Shown: in pieces, positions 54,239 through 64,000 of the stretch | How positions within the stretch are numbered: the stretch's first letter is position 1 | Layout of the letters: every line of letters begins with the position of its first letter | Source: an uncultured Planctomycetaceae bacterium | Lineage (GTDB): Bacteria; Planctomycetota; Planctomycetia; Planctomycetales; Planctomycetaceae | Assembly: GCA_963813715.1 (NCBI GenBank) | Contig: CAWFAK010000016.1 | Location: 416,001 to 480,000, forward strand | Direction: 5' to 3' | DNA: 64,000 nt | Notes under the pieces: model-generated | Told to the model about the DNA's origin: nothing | Database searches by the model: none | Seen by the model: only the letters and a program-made list of their open reading frames with translations | Made by a program: the position numbers and the translations under genes

Positions 54239-54823
54239 TCACTCGGGCTCGGCCAGGTGTTCGCGCAGGCTGGTCATCGCGCGCTTCATCAGCCAGATGA
54301 GCGCGTCTTTGGTGACGCCCATCGCCGCCGCGATTTCGACCATCGACTCGCCGTCGAGATAGCGGCGTCGCAGCGCTTCCTGCTCGTCCGGCGGCAAGAG
54401 CGCGATCGCGCGGGTCAAGCGGGCCGACTCTTCGCTCCGCACGACTTGCTGGCTGGCGGTCGCCTGGCGGGCGGCGTGCACGTCGCCGTCGCTGACTCTT
54501 TTTTCGCGATCAATGGCCCGCTTGCCCGCGTGCAGCTGGTTGCGGGCCGCGTTGCGAATGTTGCGTTCGTGAATTTGTCGCAGCCAGGCGGCGAACTGGG
54601 CCGGATCTTGCCCCTCGAACTCGGTGATCTGCTTGTGGACCGACAGGCACGTCTGCTGCACGATATCCGACGCGTCGAGCCGCGCCGCCGCCCGATCGTC
54701 GAGCATGCGATCGGCCAGCCCCCACAAGTAGCCGCGGTAGTTTTGCAACAGTTCGCCGAGCGCCGCCGGATCGCCGGCGCGGGCTCGATCGATCAACTCA
54801 CGATTGACGGCCTCAGGCTCCAC
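54239..54823 (-). CDS. ECF sigma factor, planctomycete-type
   Basis: RARAGDPAALGELLQNYRGYL, LDASDIVQQT, FAAWLRQI, LPPDEQEAL. Confidence 0.9.
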   Translation of the reverse strand: MEPEAVNRELIDRARAGDPAALGELLQNYRGYLWGLADRMLDDRAAARLDASDIVQQTCLSVHKQITEFEGQDPAQFAAWLRQIHERNIRNAARNQLHAGKRAIDREKRVSDGDVHAARQATASQQVVRSEESARLTRAIALLPPDEQEALRRRYLDGESMVEIAAAMGVTKDALIWLMKRAMTSLREHLAEPE

Positions 54824-55100
54824 GTTGGCTCCACGGTGTTCGCATCGATATCTCCGCTCCGCAGTCTCCGTCGCGTTCCCGACGTCAGCTCGATTGTTGA
54901 GCAAACGCGGCCCCGATTTCCAGTCCCCTTTTAATGACGTGTGTCACGTCACTGACGAGCCCGCGCGGACGGCTCAATTCCCGGCATCGCGATGACAAAT
55001 CCGTCATACTCAATAGACAAATCGGCCCGGCTCCGCAGTCTTGTCTTCTTATTGGGCCAATTCCGCAAGCTCAGCTCCTTCAAGGGGATCAGGAAAGCAC

Positions 55101-56078
55101 ATGTCGCAGGTGACGCCGACGGCGAAGAAGATCATCGCCAACATCGAGAAAGTGGTGATCGGCAAACGGCAGGAGATCGTCCTCGCGCTCGTCGCCTATC
55201 TGTCGGAAGGGCACATTCTACTCGAGGACGTGCCCGGCGTCGCCAAAACAATTCTGGCCCGCGCTCTGGCGGCGAGCGTCGGCTGCACCTTTAAGCGGGT
55301 GCAGTGCACGCCCGACCTGTTGCCCAACGACATCACCGGCGCATCGATCTTCAATCCCAAGACGACCGAGTTCGAGTTTCGGCCCGGCCCCCTCTTCGCC
55401 CAGATCGTGCTGGCCGACGAGATCAACCGCGCCACGCCCCGCACGCAGGCGGCCCTCTTGGAAGCGATGGCCGAGCGGCGCGTCACCAGCGACGGCACCA
55501 CTTATCGTCTCGAGCCGCCGTTCCTCGTCATCGCCACGCAAAACCCGATCGACCACGAAGGGACCTTCCCGCTTCCGGAAGCCCAGCTCGATCGCTTTCT
55601 CATCCGGCTCAGCCTGGGATATCCCAGTGCTGAGGAAGAGGGCAAGCTGCTCGACATGCTGCGGCAGGAGCATCCGATCGAAAGTTTGGGAGCCGTCGTG
55701 TCGGCCGCCGACGTCCTAGCCGCCCAGCAGGCCGTCCGCGACGTCTTTGTCGATCCGAAAATTCGCGATTACATCGTCGAGATCGTCCGCGCCACTCGCG
55801 AGCACGACGACATCGCGCTAGGCGGCAGCCCGCGGGCGTCGATTGCGCTCTGTCGAGCCGCGCAGGCGCTGGCGGCAATTCGCGGCCATGACTTTGTGTT
55901 GCCCGACGACGTCAAGCGGCTGGCGCCCGCGATCCTCGGTCATCGCCTCATCGTCCGCCCGGAGAGCCGGCTGCGCAAGGTCCGCTCGGTCGACGTCGTC
56001 CAGGAAGTCTTGGCCGAGACGTCGGTGCCGACCCTTTCGTCCGGCCAGAGCGCTTCGATAGGGACCGACATCGCATGA
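55101..56078 (+). CDS. moxR: MoxR family AAA ATPase
   Basis: GHILLEDVPGVAKT, QCTPDLLP, LADEINR, ATQNP, LPEAQLDRF. Confidence 0.95.
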   Translation: MSQVTPTAKKIIANIEKVVIGKRQEIVLALVAYLSEGHILLEDVPGVAKTILARALAASVGCTFKRVQCTPDLLPNDITGASIFNPKTTEFEFRPGPLFAQIVLADEINRATPRTQAALLEAMAERRVTSDGTTYRLEPPFLVIATQNPIDHEGTFPLPEAQLDRFLIRLSLGYPSAEEEGKLLDMLRQEHPIESLGAVVSAADVLAAQQAVRDVFVDPKIRDYIVEIVRATREHDDIALGGSPRASIALCRAAQALAAIRGHDFVLPDDVKRLAPAILGHRLIVRPESRLRKVRSVDVVQEVLAETSVPTLSSGQSASIGTDIA

Positions 56079-57388
56079 GATGGTTTGCCGGCGCCCTCGC
56101 GCTCTTGCTCATCGGACTGGCGTTCCAGATGGGACTGCTCGTCTACGCGATGTACGTGTTGCTGGGCGTGATGCTGGTGAGCCGCTACCTGGCCCGCGAA
56201 TGGGTCGAGAAGATCACGGCCGAGCGCGAATGCAGCCGGCCCACGGCCCAAATCGGCGAGAAGGCCGCCGTGATCGTCAACATTCGCAACACGGGCAAAT
56301 TGCCGGTCCCCTGGTTGATCGCGGAAGACAGCGTGCCGCGCAGAGCGCGCTCACGCAGCGGCCGCCGCGGATCGCCATCGAGGGGAAGCGGACCAACATC
56401 CTGCAGCTGGCGGCCCAGGGCGAAAAATCGCTGCTGTACCAGGTGACGTTCCTGATGCGGGGCTTTTATCAGACTCGGGCCGCTGCTCCTGGAGAGCGGC
56501 GACTTGTTCGGGCTCCATCGGCGGTTTCGGCTGGAAACGAAGCCACAGTTTGTGCTGGTCTTTCCCAAGATCGTTCCGCTGCGAGGCTACGACCTGGCTT
56601 CGCGTCGGCCGATCGGCGAAGTGCGGCTGACGCACCGGCTCTTCGAAGACCCGACCCGAATTGCCGGCATCCGCGGCTACCAGCCCGGCGATCCGCTCAA
56701 CCGCGTCCACTGGCGGGCGACGGCGCGGACCGGCACGCTGCACTGCAAGATCTATGAGCCGTCGTGCATCGCGGGCGTCACGCTGCTGCTCGATTTTCAC
56801 AAGTCGGTCTACACGGCCCGCCGCGAGCCTGATCGCTCGGAGCTGGCCGTGACCTTGACGGCTTCGCTAGCGAACGCCGTCTATCAACTGGGTCAGCAGG
56901 TCGGTCTCGTCACGAACGGTCGCGACGCGGCCGACCGCATCCTGCAAGAGGGTTATCGGCACGAGTTCCGCACGCGTTCGCTCGCGCTCGACACGGCCAA
57001 GATGCAAGAACAAAGCAACCGGCTGCGACCCGTGATCGTCGAAACTCGCCGCGGTCCCGAGCAGCTGTTGCAGATCCTCGAAGCCCTGGCGCGCTTGGAG
57101 CTGACCGAGGGCCTTTCGTTCGGTCAGCTGGCGATTGAAGCGGCGAGCCGCTTGCCGCGCGATGCCACCGTCGTCGCCATCCTGCCGACGGCCGAGCCCG
57201 AGACGGCCATCGCGCTGGGCAGTCTCAAGCGACGGGGCTACGCGGTGACGGCGATCCTGGTGACGTACGATGATGACGAGGACGCTCCGGCCAGCCTGGG
57301 CCGACTGATGGCGGAGGGAATCGACGTGCGGCGCGTCGACACCGAGGCGGCGATCGAAACCGTCTGCTCTGCCGAACTGGTGCGCTGA
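56075..57388 (+). CDS. DUF58 domain protein (frameshifts near 56340 and 56470)
   Basis: GIRGYQPGDPLNRVHWRATARTG; ATGA coupling to moxR. Confidence 0.9.
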
Positions 57389-57414
57389 CGAACTGAGAGG
57401 CGAAATCGCTGGGA

Positions 57415-59184
57415 ATGTCGAAACGAACTCGCAAGAAAACGCTGGCCGACTATGTCGTCATTGCCATCAGTCCCGTGCTGATCATGACGCTCGTGGGCAG
57501 TCTGGCGTTCTTTCTGCTCGAACTGACCTACCACGGCCAGTTCGAGGTGCGGATGAAATGGATTTTGTTTTGGTTCGTGCTGGCCGCGGTGCTTGTGGCA
57601 CGGATTGCCATCGAGCAGGGGAAGGAATACGCGAGCCTGTTCGGCCTGGTGCTGACCGCGGCCGTCGCCCTGGCCGTGGTGCGGTTGGTCGACCAGATTT
57701 TGTTGGGCTGGACCTTGCTCGGTGTCACCTGGTGGTGCACGTGGAAACTGACTTATGACTGCACGCTGATTGACGACCGCGCAGACGCCTCAGGCGAAGG
57801 CCTGCTGCAAGTCGCCGGCCTCGACACGCCGGCCGACGCGGACGGCTCGAACGGCTCCGCGCGAGAGCGTCGCACCGTGCACGCACCGGGCAAATGGGTC
57901 GTCTACTTTTCGTTGGCCGCTTTGCCCTTGTTCGGCGCCGGTCAGTTAGTGATTCCCTCGAAGGACACGGCGGCCCGCGCGTACGGCTTCAGCCTGGTCG
58001 GCGTCTACGTGGCGTCGGCGCTCGGCCTGCTGTTGACGACAAGTTTTCTGGGACTGCGGCGCTATTTGCGGCAACGCAAGCTGCAAATGCCGGCCGCGAT
58101 GACCCGCACGTGGCTGGCCATGGGAACGGGGTTAGCGCTCGCCATCTTGTGCCTTGCGCTCTTGCTGCCGCAGCCGCAGGGGGAATATTCGGTGACCGCG
58201 CTCGTCGACAATGTTGACGCCAAACTCCGCGCGGCTTCGCGTTTTGCCGTCGTGCCCGGCGATCGGGCCAAGGGGGAAGGGCGACGAATCGGCGATCAGG
58301 ATCCCAAGGCCGACAAAGCGGGCGAGTCACCGCCGCGGAATCAGCCGCCCGATCAACAGGGGAAGGCCCAGCCCGGCGACGGCGGCCGGCCGGGAAAAAA
58401 CGGGGGCGGGAAGAATCCCGGCAGTCAACAGCCGGACAAAAGCGGCGGCCAGGGCGACTCCAAGGAAAAAGGCAAAGCCCAAGGCGGCGACAAGTCCGAC
58501 GACAAAGGAAACAGTGGGCGCCGCGACAAGGGGCAAAATCGCGATGGCGAAAATCGTCAGCCGGCCGATCGGCAGCAAGCAGTGCGGCCGCCGAAAGAAA
58601 CGTCAAACAGCGATCAGCGCGCCACGCCGCCGCCCAGCCCTCCCTCGGGTTCAGGGTTCGGCGGCTTCCTGCAGTTCCTGGCCGCCTCGGTCAAGTGGCT
58701 GATTTACGCGGCGATCGCCGTCGCGGTCGCCTTTCTGCTGATCCGTCATTGGTCGCGCTTCATCGAGATGCTGGCGAAATTCTGGGCCGACTTGCTCGCG
58801 GCCTTCGGCGGAAGACGCGGCGACGAGCGGGACGCGTCGGCCGAACCGGGCGCGGCGCCGCTCCCCGTCGTCCGTTTCGCGGCCTTCGAGAATCCGTTTT
58901 TCAGCGGCGCGGCAGGACGCATGCCCCCCGCACAGCTGGTGCGCTACACGTTCGAGGCGCTCGAAGCGTGGGCCCGCGAACGCGTCGTCGCCCGGCCGCC
59001 CGAGCAAACGCCGCTAGAATTCGCCCAGGAGTTGGGACGCCGCGATCCCGCGCTGGCGAAAGATGTGACGTCGACCGCCGAGCTGTACGTGCGAGTCGCC
59101 TATGCGCGCAAGAACCCGTCGCGAGAATCGGTCGCCGTGCTGGAGCGATTGTGGCGACGGATGGGAATGGGCACCGCGGAATGA
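57415..59184 (+). CDS. DUF4129-type membrane protein
   Basis: Multiple TMs, Gly/Lys/Asp-rich linker, C-terminal RPPEQTPLEF..LYVRVAYA. Confidence 0.8.
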   Translation: MSKRTRKKTLADYVVIAISPVLIMTLVGSLAFFLLELTYHGQFEVRMKWILFWFVLAAVLVARIAIEQGKEYASLFGLVLTAAVALAVVRLVDQILLGWTLLGVTWWCTWKLTYDCTLIDDRADASGEGLLQVAGLDTPADADGSNGSARERRTVHAPGKWVVYFSLAALPLFGAGQLVIPSKDTAARAYGFSLVGVYVASALGLLLTTSFLGLRRYLRQRKLQMPAAMTRTWLAMGTGLALAILCLALLLPQPQGEYSVTALVDNVDAKLRAASRFAVVPGDRAKGEGRRIGDQDPKADKAGESPPRNQPPDQQGKAQPGDGGRPGKNGGGKNPGSQQPDKSGGQGDSKEKGKAQGGDKSDDKGNSGRRDKGQNRDGENRQPADRQQAVRPPKETSNSDQRATPPPSPPSGSGFGGFLQFLAASVKWLIYAAIAVAVAFLLIRHWSRFIEMLAKFWADLLAAFGGRRGDERDASAEPGAAPLPVVRFAAFENPFFSGAAGRMPPAQLVRYTFEALEAWARERVVARPPEQTPLEFAQELGRRDPALAKDVTSTAELYVRVAYARKNPSRESVAVLERLWRRMGMGTAE

Positions 59185-59236
59185 GCGGCCGGCGAGTGTG
59201 TCGCCGGGTGATGAGCCGTCAAGTGGCGGAGCTGCC

Positions 59237-59896
59237 TCAATAGATCCACGGCAGGAGTCGCCACGTCCGCGCGCGGTAGGCCTCGTACTTGGCCCCGAAG
59301 TGCGCACCGAGCAGCCGCTCCTCCGAGTGCATTCGCGCGACGAGCGCCGGAAGCATTACCACCGTCAGTAGGACGCCGACGGCCGAGCGAAACGCCAGGG
59401 CCCAGCCGGCTGACGCGATGATGAGCCCCAAATAGCTCGGATTCCGCACGAAACGAAAAGGTCCCGTCGTGACCAGCGTATGTCCGCGTTGAATGGCGAC
59501 CAGGCCGCTGAAGCGGTTGCCCAAAACAAAGACGGGCCAAATCCGCAGCAGTGTCCCGAGGCCGAAGAGTGCGACGCCGATCCAGCGGAGCGTGTCGCCA
59601 TCGAGCGTCCAGAATTCTTCGCGATCGGTATACGCCGGCAGATAGCCCAGCAGCAGCCCGACACCAATAAACACGATGAGCACCCAGCGATTGGACCGAT
59701 CTTCGGTCTCGCCGCGACTCAGGTTTCCGCCCGCAAAGAAGGCGACGGCCGACACGCCGGCCAGCACAATTGCCAGTGCGACCAACGGCGGATGCGAGAA
59801 GTAGGCGTCGAACCCGCCCCAGCCGGCGACGGCCAGTCCCAGGTACGCGAGCATCCCCGCAAGAACCGACAGTGCTCTGGCGAGCCTCTCCCGCAT
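59237..59896 (-). CDS. Isoprenylcysteine carboxylmethyltransferase family protein
   Basis: HTLVTTGPFRFVRNPSYLG, RMHSEE, FGAKYEAYRART. Confidence 0.92.
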   Translation of the reverse strand: MRERLARALSVLAGMLAYLGLAVAGWGGFDAYFSHPPLVALAIVLAGVSAVAFFAGGNLSRGETEDRSNRWVLIVFIGVGLLLGYLPAYTDREEFWTLDGDTLRWIGVALFGLGTLLRIWPVFVLGNRFSGLVAIQRGHTLVTTGPFRFVRNPSYLGLIIASAGWALAFRSAVGVLLTVVMLPALVARMHSEERLLGAHFGAKYEAYRARTWRLLPWIY

Positions 59897-60034
59897 GGTT
59901 TCGCTCCTTCTCTCGGGCTTGTCGTCGCCGCGCGTCGATTCGGTGGCGTCGTCGCCGACAAATCGTGAAGATGACGTTCAGGATAGGGGATAAATCCCTG
60001 AGCGACGAGAATTCAGCTGCCGAGGCGGAGAAAA

Positions 60035-60949
60035 ATGATGCGAGCGTGCGTTTCCCTATTCGTCCTCTTCACCTGGGCCGTCGCGAACCAGCAGGCGACG
60101 GCCGCCGATCCGAAACCGTTGCCGCCGACCCACGCGAACGTGCCCTACGGCCCGCACGAGCGCAACGTCCTCGACTTCTGGAAGGCGGACGGCGACGGCC
60201 CGCGGCCGTTGTTGGTCTTTATTCACGGCGGCGGTTGGGTGGGCGGCGACAAGAAGCAGAGTCCGAACGCGATTCGGCCCTGGCTCGCCGAAGGCATTTC
60301 GTGCGCCGCGATCAACTATCGCCTGACAGGCAAGGACCCGCTGCCGGCCCCGGTCCACGACGCGGCCCGGGCCGTGCAGTTCCTCCGCTCGAAGGCGGCC
60401 GAGTGGAACATCAATCCCAATCGCATCGCGCTCACGGGCGGCAGCGCCGGCGCGTGCACGTCGATGTGGCTGTTGTTTCACGACGACCTGGCGGATCCGA
60501 AGTCGTCCGATCCCGTCCTGCGGCAGTCGACCCGCGTTTGTGCCGCCGCCGTGACCGCCGGCCAGACGTCCATCGACCCGAAGGTGATTGTCGACTGGGT
60601 CGGCCCGAACGTGCTCAAGCACGGCATGATCTGGATGGCCGTCGGCGAGAAGTCGATGGCCGACGCCCTCGCGCACTACGACCAGCACAAAGCGACCTAC
60701 GCCGAGTTCTCACCCTATAACCACGTCGACGCGAAGGACCCGCCCCTCTTCATGACCTACGGCGACGACATGACTCTCCCTTCCAAAGACGCCGGCCATG
60801 GCATCCACCACCCGATGTTCGGCGTGAAGCTGAAGGAGAAGTCCGATCGCGTGGGGCACGAATGCTACTTGCTGATTCCAGGCACCTCGACACCCGACAA
60901 ATACCCCGACGCCAAAGCGTTCCTGACGGCGAAGCTCCTCGCGCCCTAA
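60035..60949 (+). CDS. Secreted alpha/beta hydrolase (HSL-like esterase)
   Basis: HGGGW, NYRL, GGSAG, signal peptide. Confidence 0.9.
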   Translation: MMRACVSLFVLFTWAVANQQATAADPKPLPPTHANVPYGPHERNVLDFWKADGDGPRPLLVFIHGGGWVGGDKKQSPNAIRPWLAEGISCAAINYRLTGKDPLPAPVHDAARAVQFLRSKAAEWNINPNRIALTGGSAGACTSMWLLFHDDLADPKSSDPVLRQSTRVCAAAVTAGQTSIDPKVIVDWVGPNVLKHGMIWMAVGEKSMADALAHYDQHKATYAEFSPYNHVDAKDPPLFMTYGDDMTLPSKDAGHGIHHPMFGVKLKEKSDRVGHECYLLIPGTSTPDKYPDAKAFLTAKLLAP

Positions 60950-62342
60950 GCCGAGCGCTGACGCGCGCGCCCGCCAGACTGTCCTGAGTCTGCCGTTCGA
61001 TCTTGCAGCGTCAGCCCGTCTCGCGGGCGGATGGCAATCAGCGCGTCGGGCACGACGGGCGGATGGCCGACGGGCAGCGTGAAGCGGCAACGGGGCACGA
61101 TCGTCGCCAGCGCGAGCACCATCTCCATCATGGCGAACGTGTTGCCGATGCAAACGTGCGGCCCGGCGCCGAACGGGATGTAGGCGTGCTGCGGGATCGT
61201 TTCGACGCGGTCGGGGGCGAAGCGATCGGGGTCGAAACGTTCCGGCTCGGGGAAGAACCGGGGGTCGCGATGCAGAACCCACGGATAAATATTGACCCAC
61301 GCCCCCTTCGGCAGCTCGTAGCCGCCGATCGTCACGCGCTGCGTCGCCACGCGGGGAATGAGCGCCCAGGTCGGCGGGTAGAGCCGCATCGACTCCTTGA
61401 CCACGCGCGTCGTGTAAGCGAGCGCGGGCAAATCCGCGTACGTCGCTGCCCGGCTCTGCAGCACGCTCCGCACTTCGTCGAGCACGCGCGTCGCCACGTC
61501 GGGATGCGTGGCAAGCAGATACCAGGTCCAGGTGAATGACGACGCGGTCGTGTCGTGGCCGGCGTTGAAGAGCGTGATCGATTCGTCGCGGGCCTGCTCG
61601 TCCGTCATGCCCGTGCCGTCCCCTTCTTCGTCGACGGCCGCCAACAGCATCGACAACAGGTCGCCCCGATCCTCGCCGCTCGCCCGCCGTTCGCGAATGA
61701 TGCGGCGAATCACCCGGTCGACGACGGCGATCGCGGCGCGCTTGCGGCGATTTTCGGCCGTCGGCACCCAGATCGGCCATTGGATGATGCGGCCCGCTTG
61801 CACCGTGACGATCTCCGAGATCGCTTCGGTGGCCGCTCCCAAGGCATCCTCGGACCCGGAGATATCGGCTCCGAACAGCGTTCGCGAGACGATCGCCAGC
61901 GTCAGTCGCCGCATGGCGAACGGGACGTTGATTTCGGACTCGGCCGACCACGAGTCGACGGCTTGCCGCGCACAATCGACGATCGTCCCAGCGTAGCCGT
62001 CAAATCGCTTCGGGCTGAAGGCCGGCTGCACGAGCCGCCGCTGCCGAAGCCAAAAGTCGCCTTCGCTCAGCACGAGACCGTTGCCGTCGACGTCGCGGAG
62101 CGCTTGATGATCCGCGGCAGCTTGCGAAAGCTTTTGCCGCGGGTGATGAGCACCTCCTTCACCAGGTCGGGATGATTGGCGAAGTAGACGTGCTGCGGGC
62201 CGAGCCGGGCATGGACGAAATCGCCAAACGTCCGCGCCAGCTCGAGGGGATACTCGAGCCGCTCGGTTTGCAACCGCCGCGCGAGCGTCAGGTCGAAGAA
62301 ACCATGTCGCGGGCCGGGAGGGAAACGCTTCGCGGCAGTCAC
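60946..62342 (-). CDS. Cytochrome P450 (frameshift near 62090)
   Basis: PPGP, AGHDTT, ESMR, PERFDPDRF, FGAGPHVCIG. Confidence 0.95.
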
Positions 62343-62428
62343 GTGTGAACTCGATGTGAATTGGCGAAAAGGACCCACCACGGATGGGGCTTCGCGATCT
62401 TGTCAGACCGACCCCACAGGCATCTTTG

Positions 62429-64000
62429 TTATTCGCGGCCGCGGTGGATTTCGGCTTTGGCGCGCAGGCCGCGATTCTCGAAGGTTAGGCCGAAGTCGAT
62501 CCAACGGACATCGGCAAGCGGCGCGGGAACGTCCGGGCCGAATTTGGGTTGGCCGGGATGTCCGTAGACGGTCGACTCCATCGTCTGATAGTCCGCGTTC
62601 CACACATATTTTCCACCACCCGGACAAACGAGGGCCGTGTGCCACACCTGCTCCTCGACGTCGACAGGGTCGCGATCCGGGTAGCGCCTCTTCCACTCGT
62701 TGAGGATGGGAAGATTCGCCCAGGCGCGGGCCTGCATCAGCGACTGATACTGGCGCGGGCCGAACGCCTGTTCCAGGAGTTCGATCGCCCGTCGATCGAT
62801 CTGCAGCGCCACGCTTTTGCCGAGCCAGGGTCGCACGTCGGCCGGCCGCGAGTTCGGAGCGGGCGGTTCTTTCTTTTTGGTGTCGTGTCTGGCATTGCCG
62901 TCCGCCGCCGACTCCCGGTCCAGGGCGCGCTTGAGCAGGTCCTCGTTTAAGGTCAACGTCAAGAGACGCGGAGTCGCCGCGTAATAAATGGCGAACGACT
63001 CAGGAACCGGGAGCGACTGGCGGCCGCTCGCCGTCGGCGCGACCTTCACGTAAGGATGGCCGTGATACTCCTGCGACGTCCAGGTGACCAGCCCCGGGGC
63101 GGTTTGCTCGATGAAGGCCCGCAGTCCAGTTAAGAAGAGCGTGAGCTTGAGGCTGTCATGCACTTCGGCGGCAATCGCGACGGGCAGGCGGTGGACATTG
63201 GCCGTGGAAAACTTTTCGACCGGATCTTCGGGCGGTTGATCGGTCGTGGCCGCGGGCCGGGCCTTGGCAGCCTGCGACAATTCGGCCCAGAACGGATCGG
63301 GATCGGCATAGATCGAAACCGAGTTCCCCAGCCAGCTCATCAGGCTGACTTTGACCGGGCCTTCCACCCAATTGTTGGCCCACTTCAGCCATTTTGATTT
63401 CGTGTTGATCGCCACGGCCAAAGCGGCGAGGGTCCCCGGGTGCGGGTCGCCGGCTGCCGGCTTCAATTCGACCCCCGACACGATCTCCACGAAGTCGCTG
63501 TAACGGCTCGAGGTGATCAACGGCATCACGGTGACATCGACGAAGAGCCGGTCCTTGCGGGTCGAGAATTGCACCGCGATCGGGTCGAAGAACTGGCTCC
63601 AGTTCCGCTGGTAGCCTTCGCGCCACCGTTTGTAGGTGTCGGCTTCAGCCGGCGTCACCTTGGTGAAATCGAGTTCGGCGATCGGCGTCTGGAACTCGAG
63701 CGTGCCGTAGGTCGACGAAGCAATTCCCTCGGGCGTCGCCCGCAGCGTCCCCAGCTCGGCGACGGGCCATAAGCTATGGATGTTGTGCGGCTCGACGCTC
63801 CCGTGAACGAGATCGTCCAGGTATTCGGCCTGGTATTCCGAGAGGATGGCTGCGGCCCGTGTGCGGCGCGAGTTACCGATCCGCCACTTGGCGCCACACC
63901 AGCGGCGAATTGTTCTTGTCGCTGATGACGAGCAAGCCGCTTTCCGCGCCCCCGCGTCGGTAACGGTCTCGAAAGAAGCGATATTCCGGGAGCGCGGCGA
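62429..64000 (-). CDS. Large hypothetical protein, C-terminal part (runs off window; frameshifted)
   Basis: Long ORF: WSQFFDPIAV..VTVMPLI..CPGGGKY..STVYGHP. Confidence 0.7.
   Translation of the reverse strand, partial: SPRSRNIASFETVTDAGARKAACSSSATRTIRRWCGAKWRIGNSRRTRAAAILSEYQAEYLDDLVHGSVEPHNIHSLWPVAELGTLRATPEGIASSTYGTLEFQTPIAELDFTKVTPAEADTYKRWREGYQRNWSQFFDPIAVQFSTRKDRLFVDVTVMPLITSSRYSDFVEIVSGVELKPAAGDPHPGTLAALAVAINTKSKWLKWANNWVEGPVKVSLMSWLGNSVSIYADPDPFWAELSQAAKARPAATTDQPPEDPVEKFSTANVHRLPVAIAAEVHDSLKLTLFLTGLRAFIEQTAPGLVTWTSQEYHGHPYVKVAPTASGRQSLPVPESFAIYYAATPRLLTLTLNEDLLKRALDRESAADGNARHDTKKKEPPAPNSRPADVRPWLGKSVALQIDRRAIELLEQAFGPRQYQSLMQARAWANLPILNEWKRRYPDRDPVDVEEQVWHTALVCPGGGKYVWNADYQTMESTVYGHPGQPKFGPDVPAPLADVRWIDFGLTFENRGLRAKAEIHRGRE

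Noticed and set aside
10571..62342. hemQ, hemP and P450 as one heme system
   Set aside because: They are tens of kb apart with no shared regulatory signal.
1..64000. tRNA, rRNA, IS elements, integrases, prophage
   Set aside because: No such motifs were recognised by eye; covariance-model and HMM scans are needed to exclude them fully.

Overview
High-GC chromosomal window, most likely from a planctomycete. That call is an inference from DUF1571, DUF1573, a planctomycete-type ECF sigma factor and planctomycete-style conserved hypotheticals. It holds about 55 genes: a sigma-70 factor, an MsbA-like ABC exporter, recQ, udgX, a cluster of small stress-type genes, hemQ, an RNase HII-fold protein, atuA genes, ABC and metabolic genes, kdpFABC with a split KdpD and no KdpE, HD/DUF1573/ASCH genes, hemP, murJ, holA, MoxR-DUF58-DUF4129 and a P450. 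Roughly 20 genes are broken by single-base frameshifts, most likely long-read assembly errors. I saw no rRNA, tRNA, transposase, cas gene or canonical CRISPR array. The most notable signals are non-coding or below the ORF-track cutoff: (1) six sigma-54-type (-24/-12) promoter motifs in about 5 kb, each pointing at a small stress gene or udgX; (2) a roughly 390-bp cluster of the motif AAGTGTCCGGACC; (3) a sigma-54 promoter plus paired enhancer-like palindromes driving the kdp operon; (4) several unannotated micro-proteins with their own promoters or RBS. All family assignments are from motif recognition by eye; no database searches were run.
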